DNA from: Acaryochloris thomasi RCC1774
Lineage (GTDB): Bacteria > Cyanobacteriota > Cyanobacteriia > Thermosynechococcales > Thermosynechococcaceae
Assembly (NCBI RefSeq): GCF_003231495.1
Contig: NZ_PQWO01000011.1
Coordinates: 156,894 to 188,893, forward strand
Reading direction: 5' to 3'
Length of the DNA: 32,000 bases
The notes below the pieces were generated by a model. The model did not search any database, had not been told where the DNA came from, and was given only the letters and a program-made list of their open reading frames with translations. Below, piece by piece: positions 1-8,572 of this stretch (positions are counted from its first letter, which is position 1; every line of letters starts with the position of its first letter). A program made the translations under genes and the position numbers.

Positions 1-1
1 A

Positions 2-853
2 CTAATGGTGCAATTTCAACCAGTCTTCCAGATCAGACAGACTAGAAAAATCTAATAATGCCTCCCCCAGTTCTTCCAGTTGATTGAGAGATAGCCTGCG
101 GATTTGAGCTTCTGCTGACGGGGCAATTGTACTCAATCGACGGATCAGCTGACGCAGAATCAAGCTCAGTTCGCCCTTTACCTGGCCTCTGGCTTCTCCT
201 CTGGCCTCGCCTCTGGCCTCAGCTTCAGCCTCAATTTCCTGATAGATCACAGATTCCCGCATAACGTCTCTCCGTAGTACCTGTTTGATCACCTCTTTGT
301 CCAATAATAGCCCAGCCAAAATCGCACTGGCTGCTGCCACATTGCTTTGCGTTCGTCGCTCCTCAATCTCATCGACTCTGAGAGCAACCGCTCGCAAAAC
401 CTTCACTTTGTCCTGTGTCTGACTCAAAGCTGCAAACGGTAATAAACCTGGCGAAGACAAAAATATCTCAGTTGGCTGCTCCCATAATCTGACGACCTCA
501 AACTCGCTGCGCAAACCCGGTATCTCAAAACAGGTCTGGTAGACTCTTTGTGACCTCGTCGGTCTCAAATACACCACAATTTGCCGGATTTGTTTGTGGG
601 GGTAGCGCTTGAATCCTCGGAGCCGGTAGTCAGCCATCCTAAATCCCATTTCCGGGTCAGGATCCGTTTGAAACTCTATGTGTATTAATAAGTCTTTCGA
701 CTCTAAGAAAATCACAGCATCTGCACGAATGGGTTCGGCAAACAGTTCCGAAGGCTCCAGTTTGGTCAACGCAACTGGAGTGCCCAATAACCATGTCGTA
801 ATGTCGATACTGAAGTGTTCAGCAAGAAATTTGCAGGTGTTGTCAAAGGACAT
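2..853 (-). CDS. Rpn-family PD-(D/E)XK recombination-promoting nuclease / putative transposase with DUF4351-like C-terminus
   Basis: 283-aa ORF, ATG at 853, TAG at 2-4. The N-terminus MSFDNTCKFLAEHF and the core RADAVIFLE...LIHIEFQ resemble the cyanobacterial Rpn/transposase-like nuclease family. A charged (EARG)x3 repeat is followed by a helical tail. Confidence 0.75.
   Translation of the reverse strand: MSFDNTCKFLAEHFSIDITTWLLGTPVALTKLEPSELFAEPIRADAVIFLESKDLLIHIEFQTDPDPEMGFRMADYRLRGFKRYPHKQIRQIVVYLRPTRSQRVYQTCFEIPGLRSEFEVVRLWEQPTEIFLSSPGLLPFAALSQTQDKVKVLRAVALRVDEIEERRTQSNVAAASAILAGLLLDKEVIKQVLRRDVMRESVIYQEIEAEAEARGEARGEARGQVKGELSLILRQLIRRLSTIAPSAEAQIRRLSLNQLEELGEALLDFSSLSDLEDWLKLHH
185..220 (-). 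repeat. 3 x 12-nt in-frame tandem repeat encoding EARG-EARG-EARG
   Basis: Plus strand reads gcctctggcttc / tcctctggcctc / gcctctggcctc. On the minus strand this is gag gcc aga ggc x3 inside the Rpn-like ORF. Confidence 0.9.
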
Positions 854-866
854 AGGCCTAGATAGC

Positions 867-1787
867 TCAGTGGCCTAAGATCTGATCGTCTAAAGAGAAA
901 TCGATATTTTTCTGATCACGACCAGAGGCTAGATAGCCCTTCTGGAATGAATCTTTGAGGCCAGAGACCAAATCAAACTGAGGTTGCCAATCTAGATCTG
1001 ACATGGCTTTGTGGATGTCTGCAAAGAAGTGCTGAGGTCGAAGAGGGAATGCCTTCTGCTTGCCAAAATCGAACGCTTTAGGGTCATAATGCGCCAATTT
1101 GGGAACTGGCTTACCCGCCGCCTCAGCACAGGCGCGGGCAAGACCATCGAAGGTCACATAGCGCGCGCCGCTAACGTTGTATATTTGGCCGATCGCTTTG
1201 GAATTGCCCAGTACCGCCGCCATTGCTTGCGCTAAATCCGCGACATGACCAAACTGCGTGAAGTGGGCACCCGAACCAGGAATTGGGATGGGACGATCTC
1301 TAACGATGCGATCGAAAAACCAGGCTTCTAGATCGTTATAGTTACGCGGACCATAGATATAGGTAGGGCGGATGGCCGTGAAGGGAATACCTTGCTTGGC
1401 CAGATAGGCCTCCGTCTCAGCCTTGCCGCTGTGGCGACTGTTTGGGTCAGTGGCATCGATTTCTAAATGAGGCATCTGATCGCCTTTTAGATAAACTCCA
1501 GCTGAACTCATGTATACAAAATGTTGAACCTTGCCCTTGAACATGTCTGCAAGGGGCTGGGTATCGCTCAGTTCGCGGCCATTATTATCAAAAATTACAT
1601 CAAAGGATTCTGAGGCCAGTTGCTGCAGCTGTGTTGGATCTTTGCGATCGCCGTTAATTTGCTGCACGTCAGAAGGCGCTGGCTTATTACCGCGATTAAA
1701 CAGCACGACCTCATGTCCCTGCTGGAGCAGAACCTGGGTTAAATCAACGCCAATAAATCGAGTGCCGCCCATTATCAGTACTCGCAT
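867..1787 (-). CDS. NAD-dependent epimerase/dehydratase family protein (extended SDR, possibly CSP41-like)
   Basis: 306-aa ORF. N-terminal Rossmann motif MRVLIMGGTRFIG. YxxxK-type region and overall SDR layout. The GGTRFIG start and C-terminal DFSLDDQIL are reminiscent of cyanobacterial CSP41 homologues (inference). Confidence 0.85.
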   Translation of the reverse strand: MRVLIMGGTRFIGVDLTQVLLQQGHEVVLFNRGNKPAPSDVQQINGDRKDPTQLQQLASESFDVIFDNNGRELSDTQPLADMFKGKVQHFVYMSSAGVYLKGDQMPHLEIDATDPNSRHSGKAETEAYLAKQGIPFTAIRPTYIYGPRNYNDLEAWFFDRIVRDRPIPIPGSGAHFTQFGHVADLAQAMAAVLGNSKAIGQIYNVSGARYVTFDGLARACAEAAGKPVPKLAHYDPKAFDFGKQKAFPLRPQHFFADIHKAMSDLDWQPQFDLVSGLKDSFQKGYLASGRDQKNIDFSLDDQILGH

Positions 1788-2028
1788 GCTTTTTATCCCT
1801 TATGTTGTGTAATGGCCGTTCTACAAACTTAGCGGATGACGTTCCCCTGATTCCAGTCTCTGGGGGCTAGGTTATGAATTCTACGAGGACACGAATTCTC
1901 TGCGCTGAGATGAAAAACAGTCTGTAAAAGCGGCGATAAGGCGCTCAGGTGCAGAATTGTAAGGATTGGTGAGTTCGGATGCCAATTTAGGCTGATTTTT
2001 GCAATAATGGCATCTGTTTGATTTCGAC

Positions 2029-3210
2029 TTGACGATCAAATCAATAATTTATTTCGGTTGTGAGTTCACCCTAATGCTGTTGGAAGATATGATGCCTTTG
2101 CAACAACATCGCCTTTACTTCATGGCTATTGTTTGCCTAAGTGTGACGGTGGTGGGTCAACCTGCCCAGGGCATGGGTGATCTCAATTCGGCCATTGTTT
2201 TCCCTGAGACTGCAAAGCTTTTGGGGCAGACACAGCCCGCGAAAAAAGCAGCACAGTTGTCAAAGACGGTCCGGCCTGCACCACTCTCAAGGCAGGTAGT
2301 GGAACAAATTAATCAGTTGATGTTGCGAGGGGTCGAACAACATCGGCAAGCGGACTATGCCAATGCGCTCAAGACCTACAGTGAAGTTCTACAGCTTGAT
2401 AAAGACTACACCCCTGCCTACCTGCGTCGAGGATCGGCCAAGTGGGCGGCAGGAGATCACCTAGGTGCTGTTGAAGATTACAGTCAAGTCATTGAGCATG
2501 ATGCCAAGAATGGAGTGGCCTACCGCAATCGGGGCGCTGTCTATACCGTTATAGGGAAATCATCTGAGGCTCTCCGGGACTATAATCAAGCGCTGGAGAT
2601 TGATCCAAAAGATGCAGCTACTTTTCTCAAACGTGGGCAACTGCATTCGAAGCTCGAACAGCCGGAGGCCGCGATTCAAGACTACACTCAGGCAATTGCC
2701 CTACAGCCAGATTCAGAGCTAGCATTTCTTAATCGTGCGATTGCACAGACAATGCTGCAAAAAGATGACGCGGCTCTGCTGGACTATGGTCGCGCTATCC
2801 AGCTTGATCCCAAATACGCAGCGGCCTACCACAACCGAGGGATGCTGCACCATCGCCACAATAAGTTTCAGAAAGCCCTGGATGATTTAAGTCAAACCAT
2901 TCGTCTCGATCCTCAATCTACGACGGCCTATCAAAGTCGGGGACGTATTTACCTGAGCCTGCGGCAAGACCAAGCGGCTCTAAAAGATTTCAGTCAGGTG
3001 ATTGCTCTTAATCCTAAAAGTGCTGCGGCTTATTTCGGCCGGGGATTTGTCTACAGTACCCTCGATAATTCATTAACAAATCGACAGGCCGCAATTGCAG
3101 ACTATACGGAGGCGCTGACGCTCGATCCCAAATACGTCAATGCCTATATCAGCCGGGGAGCGGTCGGTGGCCTATCAGCAGGCTCTTATCGACTATTCAC
3201 AGGCCATTGA
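2029..3210 (+). CDS. TPR-repeat protein, 5' part (frame 1); probable signal peptide. Reading frame breaks near 3163-3172.
   Basis: 393-aa ORF with about 9 consecutive 34-residue TPR units (AYxNRG...A..DY..AI.LDP). Hydrophobic N-terminus LYFMAIVCLSVTVVGQPAQG. The listed start is TTG; ATG at 2074 is an alternative. Confidence 0.7.
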   Translation: MTIKSIIYFGCEFTLMLLEDMMPLQQHRLYFMAIVCLSVTVVGQPAQGMGDLNSAIVFPETAKLLGQTQPAKKAAQLSKTVRPAPLSRQVVEQINQLMLRGVEQHRQADYANALKTYSEVLQLDKDYTPAYLRRGSAKWAAGDHLGAVEDYSQVIEHDAKNGVAYRNRGAVYTVIGKSSEALRDYNQALEIDPKDAATFLKRGQLHSKLEQPEAAIQDYTQAIALQPDSELAFLNRAIAQTMLQKDDAALLDYGRAIQLDPKYAAAYHNRGMLHHRHNKFQKALDDLSQTIRLDPQSTTAYQSRGRIYLSLRQDQAALKDFSQVIALNPKSAAAYFGRGFVYSTLDNSLTNRQAAIADYTEALTLDPKYVNAYISRGAVGGLSAGSYRLFTGH

Positions 3211-3496
3211 GATCGATCCGAGCAGTGTGGTGGCCTACCACAACCGTGCCCGGATACAGGCAACGCTTCGTAGACGCCAGGCGGCCCTTGATGACTATCA
3301 ACAGGCGGCGATTCTCTATCAAAAGCAGGGCCAGACTGAAGAATATAGCGAGATGATTCGCCAAATTCGCTGGTTGAGACAGTCTCTCGGCAATAAACCT
3401 GAACCGAAGCTTCAAGAGTCAGATTCCCCCAAACCCTCTCCTGAAGATCCTCTTCAGCCGTTGGTGTCGCCCGTGGAATCACCGGATGTCCTTTAG
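3140..3496 (+). CDS. TPR-repeat protein, 3' part (frame 2), continuing the upstream TPR ORF after a frameshift
   Basis: The 118-aa ORF continues the TPR periodicity (YQQALIDYSQAIEIDPSSVVAYHNRA...) exactly where frame 1 loses it. It ends in a low-complexity P/S/E tail. Confidence 0.55.
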   Translation: MPISAGERSVAYQQALIDYSQAIEIDPSSVVAYHNRARIQATLRRRQAALDDYQQAAILYQKQGQTEEYSEMIRQIRWLRQSLGNKPEPKLQESDSPKPSPEDPLQPLVSPVESPDVL

Positions 3497-3841
3497 CCGC
3501 TTCTGATTCAGCATGAATAATGAAGCCGCGTCCCAGAATTGAGTTTTTCTCGCCATTGATCGTGAGATTATCAATGGTTATTTCATCTTCCACAATGCCT
3601 TTGCTATCTGCCTTGAGATTACCGAGGTTTTCGGCATGGCGCTGTGGTTCAGGTGGAAGCGTATGGGAATGCTAGGCAGGGTTGTAATGTCTGCTGGTCG
3701 CTTTTCCGTCAGCACCAGAGATATTGCCATATTCGTGGATATGCCAGGCGTGTACTGAGTCAGGCTTGAGTCCCTGAATGCTTCTGAAACAACTGGGGAG
3801 CAGCCGGTTATGGTTGAGATCTCAACTATAACCGGCTCCAA
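3482..3841 (-). pseudogene. Degraded Cu/Zn superoxide dismutase (sodC-like) relic
   Basis: Minus-strand translation gives IQGLKPDSVHAWHIHEYGNISGADGKATSRHYNPA*HSHTLPPEPQRHAENLGNLKADSKGIVEDEITIDNLTINGEKNSILGRGFIIHAESEAAKGH. The Cu/Zn-SOD blocks H-x-H-I-H-E, H-(F/Y)-N-P, R-H-x-x-x-L-G-N and G-R-x-x-x-I-H-A appear in the right order and spacing. There is an in-frame TAG at 3672-3674, the upstream part is in another frame, and the C-terminus is missing. Confidence 0.6.
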
Positions 3842-3940
3842 GACGCTGCGTTCATAAAACTCTGGCAGGAGATAAACAATAATTCTCTTAGGATACTGGG
3901 GATTTTGTACAATGCCTGTCAGTGCAGCAGAAATAATCCT

Positions 3941-4570
3941 ATGGCCTTAACTGACTTTCAGGTTTGCGATCGCGATCTTAGCGATCACTTTCTCCAGGAC
4001 TATCTTCAGACCGACCAGCTTGCTGTTGATACCGAGACTATGGGCCTCCGTCCCCATCGAGACCGACTGTGCCTCGTGCAGATCTGTAATGCTGCCGGTC
4101 AAATTACCGTCATCCGCATTGAGCGTGGTCAAGGAGAGGCCCCGAACCTGAAGCAACTGTTGGAAGCCCCCAGCGTCGAAAAAATCTTTCACTTCGCCCG
4201 CTTTGATATTGCCACCCTGCAGCATCACCTAGAGATTGTCACCGCCCCCATTTTTTGCACCAAGATTGCTAGCAAACTCGCCCGCACCTACAGCCCTCGC
4301 CACGGCCTCAAAGCACTGGTCCAGGAATTAGAGGGCATTGAACTTGATAAGAGTGCCCAAAGCTCAGATTGGGGCAACGCTGCTAATCTCTCTGAAGAGC
4401 AGCTCCGCTATGCCGCCAATGACGTTCGCTATCTCATTCCAATGCGGGCCAAGCTGATTGAAATGCTGCAGCGAGAAGAACGTTGGACGCTGGCCCAAGC
4501 CTGCCTTCATTGCTTGCCCACCTTTGTAATGCTAGACCTCATGAACTTTGACTCAGTGTTTGAACACTAA
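3941..4570 (+). CDS. 3'-5' exonuclease domain protein (short RNase D-like, DEDDy family)
   Basis: Exo motifs AVDTETMGL (DxE), KIFHFARFDIATL and YAANDVRYL (YxxxD). ATG at 3941 is preferred over the TTG at 3905 used in the ORF track. Confidence 0.85.
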   Translation: MALTDFQVCDRDLSDHFLQDYLQTDQLAVDTETMGLRPHRDRLCLVQICNAAGQITVIRIERGQGEAPNLKQLLEAPSVEKIFHFARFDIATLQHHLEIVTAPIFCTKIASKLARTYSPRHGLKALVQELEGIELDKSAQSSDWGNAANLSEEQLRYAANDVRYLIPMRAKLIEMLQREERWTLAQACLHCLPTFVMLDLMNFDSVFEH

Positions 4571-4616
4571 AGACAGATATTCAAAGTCCTCCGTGGGATT
4601 AGGGGGCTGATGCATT

Positions 4617-4642
4617 TATACATGGATGTCTATACATAGATG
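4617..4642 (+). repeat. Tandem 12-mer TATACATGGATG / TATACATAGATG separated by TC, about 40 nt upstream of recF
   Basis: Read directly: 4617-4628 and 4631-4642 match at 11 of 12 positions. Each copy contains a TATACA(T) -10-like hexamer. Confidence 0.8.
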
Positions 4643-4681
4643 TTCCAACCGTTTTACCCCTGCCCTTTCTGATCGCGCCCT

Positions 4682-5800
4682 GTGTATCTTCAGCATCTTC
4701 AGCTCCATCAGTTCCGAAACTATGCGGGACAGTCCGTTGAATTTGCAGCCCCCAAAACCATTTTGGTGGGGGCCAACGCCCAGGGTAAATCTAATCTGCT
4801 AGAGGCAGTAGAGCTGCTTTCGACCCTCAAGTCCCATCGCACCAGTCGCGATCGCGATCTCGTGCAAGAAGGTAGTGCTGCCGCACAAATTACGGCCGCC
4901 CTCCAGCGCGACAGTGGTCCCTTAGATTTGACCTTGACCCTGAGAGCCAACGGTCGTCGTACCCTATCGGTCAATAGCGAAACCGTCCGCCGCCATCTAG
5001 ACTTTCTTGGTCACATCAACATGGTGCAGTTTTCGAGTCTAGATCTAGACCTCGTGCGCGGCGGCCCCGGAACCCGCCGGAACTGGCTCGATACTGTTCT
5101 GATACAGCTAGAACCCGTCTATGCCTATCTTTGGCAGCAGTACCAACAGGTGCTGAAGCAGCGCAATGCCTTCCTCAAGCAGCGGCGAGCCCACCCCGAA
5201 CGGCCCCCCGATGCCGCTCAGCTTCCGCTCTGGGACCAGCAGCTTGCCTCGATGGGCGCCCGCGTGATTCAACGCCGCTACCGGATGCTCAAGCGCCTCG
5301 CTCCCCTTGCCCAAAAGTGGCACCACACCATCAGTGGTCAGCAGGAGCAGTTAGTCCTGGCCTATGCTCCCAACATCACCCACGACCCCGAGCAGCCCGA
5401 TCACCTCTACGGTGAATTTTTGGCGCAGATTGAAGCCCGAGCCGGGGCCGAATATCACCAAGGCATTACACTCACCGGTCCCCACCGGGACGAAGTAGAC
5501 TTGCTCATCAATGAAACCCCCGCTCGCCAATACGGATCCCAAGGCCAACAGCGCACCCTTGTCCTAGCGCTGAAGCTGGCTGAGCTGCAGCTGATCGAAG
5601 AAATTATTGGTGAGCCACCTCTACTGCTGCTGGACGATGTGTTGGCTGAGCTTGATCTAAACCGTCAGAATCAGCTACTTGCGGCGATTCAAGAACGTTT
5701 TCAAACTCTCATTACCACTACCCATCTCGGTGCCTTTGAAGCTAAATGGCTTGACTCTGCTCAAGTCCTTACCGTTGAGAAAGGACAAATTCAGCTCTAA
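4682..5800 (+). CDS. recF: DNA replication and repair protein RecF
   Basis: 372 aa. N-terminal MYLQHLQLHQFRNY. Walker A GANAQGKSN. ABC signature-like SQGQQRT and Walker B LLLLDDV. GTG start. Confidence 0.95.
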   Translation: MYLQHLQLHQFRNYAGQSVEFAAPKTILVGANAQGKSNLLEAVELLSTLKSHRTSRDRDLVQEGSAAAQITAALQRDSGPLDLTLTLRANGRRTLSVNSETVRRHLDFLGHINMVQFSSLDLDLVRGGPGTRRNWLDTVLIQLEPVYAYLWQQYQQVLKQRNAFLKQRRAHPERPPDAAQLPLWDQQLASMGARVIQRRYRMLKRLAPLAQKWHHTISGQQEQLVLAYAPNITHDPEQPDHLYGEFLAQIEARAGAEYHQGITLTGPHRDEVDLLINETPARQYGSQGQQRTLVLALKLAELQLIEEIIGEPPLLLLDDVLAELDLNRQNQLLAAIQERFQTLITTTHLGAFEAKWLDSAQVLTVEKGQIQL

Positions 5801-6111
5801 ATTTGCTCGTCCAGTAAACCGACGGCCATTGCACTGAGGCAGAAAGCGAATACCAGCGGCATGGGCGATTGCTGCAGCCAGCTACAAACAGCTGCAATTA
5901 CAGACGTCGATAAAATCAAGCTATAGAAAGACCTTGTAGTCCGAGAGTGGCTGCCTTGAAAGTCTTTAAAGACGTCAGTCGGCACCGGTAGTGGCATCAC
6001 GGCTCCCGGCGGAAAAGCCCAGTATCGGCAGTGATCGACGAACAGATCGGTCCAGCCATGTTCTTGGCACCAGCCCACCACATAACCAGTCAGAGATTGG
6101 GGCATATGCAT
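5797..6111 (-). CDS. Hypothetical small membrane protein
   Basis: 104-aa ORF with a soluble N-terminal half (GWCQEHGWTDLF...YWAFPPGAVMPLPVP) and a hydrophobic C-terminal half. Its stop overlaps the recF stop by 4 nt (convergent). No family recognised. Confidence 0.5.
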   Translation of the reverse strand: MHMPQSLTGYVVGWCQEHGWTDLFVDHCRYWAFPPGAVMPLPVPTDVFKDFQGSHSRTTRSFYSLILSTSVIAAVCSWLQQSPMPLVFAFCLSAMAVGLLDEQI

Positions 6112-6463
6112 TTTATGTGTCTTTCACTCGCGCAGACGTGTAATGTTTTTCGAAGCTAACAAAAGACAGAGAGGAATTTTTCGTTGTCATATAAAACTTA
6201 ATTCCCCCCGACTGGTAAATCTTTATTCTGAGACCCATAAGTGATAGATATGAATCCCCCCCTTTCATAAGCAATCCGTAGGTCTTAGGCTTTTTTTGAT
6301 TACAAATCCCTTTGGTAGAGACGGCATCACAGCTTTATAAAGCTTAATTTTTCTCGTAGTATCAAGAAGGTGCCTTTAATTGACCTAGCCATATTTTGCT
6401 GATTAATGTTGCTAGGGCGATCATCGGCCGCCCGCTGTTTTCATGTAATGAGAGGTTTACCGA

Positions 6464-6763
6464 ATGGCATCTTATAAAGTCACGCTAGTTAATGAGGCTG
6501 AAGGCCTTAACCAAACGATTGAGTGCCCAGATGACGAATATATTCTTGACGCTGCCGAAGAAGCAGGCGTAGATCTGCCTTTCTCTTGCCGTGCGGGTGC
6601 ATGTTCGACCTGTGCTGGTAAGGTGACAGCTGGAGAAATCGATCAGTCAGAGCAATCTTTCTTGGATGAAGATCAAACGGGTGCTGGCTATGTCCTCACC
6701 TGCATTGCATATCCCAAGTCTGACTGCACCATCGAAACGGGCAAAGAAGAAGAACTCTACTAG
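6464..6763 (+). CDS. petF: Plant-type [2Fe-2S] ferredoxin
   Basis: 99 aa, [11 protein letters not shown]..., cluster ligands in [12 protein letters not shown]...LTC. GAGAGG Shine-Dalgarno 8 nt upstream. Preceded by about 350 bp of AT-rich DNA. Confidence 0.95.
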   Translation: MASYKVTLVNEAEGLNQTIECPDDEYILDAAEEAGVDLPFSCRAGACSTCAGKVTAGEIDQSEQSFLDEDQTGAGYVLTCIAYPKSDCTIETGKEEELY

Positions 6764-6789
6764 TCGTCTCTGACCGTTTGAGTTCATTC

Positions 6790-6845
6790 GTTGCTAACGG
6801 AGGTAGAGCATGGCGCAGGTCATCTATTCAACCTCCATTAGCAAC
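6790..6845 (+). terminator. Long hairpin downstream of petF (15-bp arms, 14 paired, 26-nt loop); possible terminator or RNA-stability element
   Basis: gttgctaacggaggt (6790-6804) pairs with acctccattagcaac (6831-6845) with one mismatch. No clear U-tract follows. Confidence 0.35.
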
Positions 6846-7014
6846 CCCTCAGCATTTATTTCAGGAATTGAGTAAACCCATTGCCCTAAAGTCTTCAAGG
6901 TGCTGGCCGCGATACAGACTAAGCCAGAGCTTCTAAAGCACTTTTTGGGGGTATGGTGGGCGCCCGTTGGGCCTTAGCTTTTCGATTAGTACAGGCATTT
7001 AAAAGGATTGAGCT

Positions 7015-7317
7015 ATGGCAACGTATAAGGTCACTCTGGTTAATGAAGCTAAAGGAATCGATCAGACCCTTGACTGCCCAGACGATGTTTATATTATTGA
7101 TGCTGCTGAAGAGCAGGGGCTAGAGCTGCCTGCATCTTGTCGAGCGGGTGCTTGTTCATCCTGCACTGGTAAGTTAATTTCGGGCTCTGTCGATCAGTCG
7201 GATCAGTCCTTCTTAGATGACGACCAGTTAGAGAATGGTTTCGTGTTGACCTGTGTGGCTTATCCTGCCTCTGACTGCACCATTGAGACCCATAAAGAGG
7301 ATGACTTATTTCCTTAA
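7015..7317 (+). CDS. Plant-type [2Fe-2S] ferredoxin, second divergent paralogue
   Basis: 100 aa, [11 protein letters not shown]..., [12 protein letters not shown]...LTC. About two thirds identical to the upstream copy by hand alignment (about 31 differences in 99 positions). Confidence 0.93.
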   Translation: MATYKVTLVNEAKGIDQTLDCPDDVYIIDAAEEQGLELPASCRAGACSSCTGKLISGSVDQSDQSFLDDDQLENGFVLTCVAYPASDCTIETHKEDDLFP

Positions 7318-7477
7318 GTGCCAGCTTTGTTCTTTGCTGACTACGGTATTGCTTTTGAGTAAAGCAGGGGCGTTTTACCACGCTTCTACTTTGCTGTGGA
7401 TAGAATGAGGACCATGAGACTTAGCACAACGAGTCTTGCCCAACGATAGCGATTGCTCTCTGAATAATGGTTGCTTC

Positions 7478-8467
7478 ATGAATTCTGTTGACTACCTGCG
7501 CCTTAGTCTGATTGATCGGTGTAATTTCCGGTGCCAGTACTGTATGCCAGAGGAAACAGCCGTCCAGTTTTTGCAGCGGTCAGAGCTACTACAGGCTCAA
7601 GAGCTGCTTTCGCTGCTCAAACAGGTCTTTATTCCGGTGGGTTTCTCGCGCTTCCGGTTGACGGGGGGTGAACCCCTGCTGCGCCCTGATCTGGTGGAGA
7701 TAGTGGGCGAGATTGCGGCACTGCCTCAGGTTAAAGATCTATCGATGACCACTAATGGTTTTTTGCTTGCAGATCGAGCGGCGGCGCTTTATGAGGCGGG
7801 CCTCCGCCGGTTGAACATCAGCTTAGATTCCTTGAATGCTGAAACCTTTGGGGCGATTGTTGGCGATCGGACGCAGCGGCGCTGGCAGCAGGTCTGGGCT
7901 GGTATTCAGGCGGCCTATGAGGTGGGCTTTAACCCTCTTAAGCTGAATGTTGTAGTTATCCCTGGGGTAAATGAGGCGGAGATTCTAGATTTGGCCGCTC
8001 TCAGTATTGATCGTCAGTGGCATATCCGGTTTATTGAGTTTATGCCCATTGGTAATGCGGAGCTATTTGGGGCCCGGGGCTGGGTACCGTCGGAGGAGAT
8101 TCGCCAGCAAATCCGCAGTCGATGGGGGCTGGAGCCAGGTCATGTCAAGGGGAATGGTCCTGCAGATGTCTTTCAAATTCCCGGCGCACTGGGAACGCTG
8201 GGGTTTATTAGCCAAATGTCGGAATGTTTTTGCGATCGCTGCAATCGAATGCGCCTCTCTGCTGATGGCTGGCTGCGTCCTTGCCTGCTCAATGAAACGG
8301 GCCAGCTCAACCTGAAAACATTGCTACGGGCGGGGGAAGAGATGGGGGTTCTGCGAGATCGCGTCCGAGAGCTGCTGCTACTAAAGCCAGAGATCAATTA
8401 CAAAGAGCGCGAGTCGGGGACAAGCAGCGCTGTCTATGGTCGCACCATGTCTCAGATTGGAGGTTGA
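7478..8467 (+). CDS. moaA: GTP 3',8-cyclase MoaA (radical SAM, molybdenum cofactor biosynthesis)
   Basis: Radical-SAM CNFRCQYC motif. LTGGEPLL. C-terminal second cluster CxxCxRxRLSADG, then the IGG end. ATG at 7478 is preferred over the TTG at 7436. Confidence 0.9.
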   Translation: MNSVDYLRLSLIDRCNFRCQYCMPEETAVQFLQRSELLQAQELLSLLKQVFIPVGFSRFRLTGGEPLLRPDLVEIVGEIAALPQVKDLSMTTNGFLLADRAAALYEAGLRRLNISLDSLNAETFGAIVGDRTQRRWQQVWAGIQAAYEVGFNPLKLNVVVIPGVNEAEILDLAALSIDRQWHIRFIEFMPIGNAELFGARGWVPSEEIRQQIRSRWGLEPGHVKGNGPADVFQIPGALGTLGFISQMSECFCDRCNRMRLSADGWLRPCLLNETGQLNLKTLLRAGEEMGVLRDRVRELLLLKPEINYKERESGTSSAVYGRTMSQIGG

Positions 8468-8572
8468 TACGGGATTGGCAGTCGCGAAACATTCGTAACA
8501 ACTCCTCCTAGCAAAGATCCTAGCTTCAATGTCAGTATTTAGCGATTTCTGACATCAAGACTAGGATTTAAT

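Noticed and set aside
3186-3593. 135-aa minus-strand ORF listed in the track
   Set aside because: Only its first 35 residues or so (EDEITIDNLTINGEKNSILGRGFIIHAESEAAKGH) carry protein-like signal, and they belong to the sodC relic. The remaining 100 residues or so are simply the antisense of the TPR gene's 3' part, with no recognisable motif.
7318-7477. Molybdenum-cofactor (Moco) riboswitch upstream of moaA, also looked for upstream of the MOSC gene at 11609-11956
   Set aside because: I could not find the conserved Moco-motif segments as I remember them, only a weak AU-rich 6-bp hairpin (7350-7366). A covariance-model scan is needed to exclude it formally.
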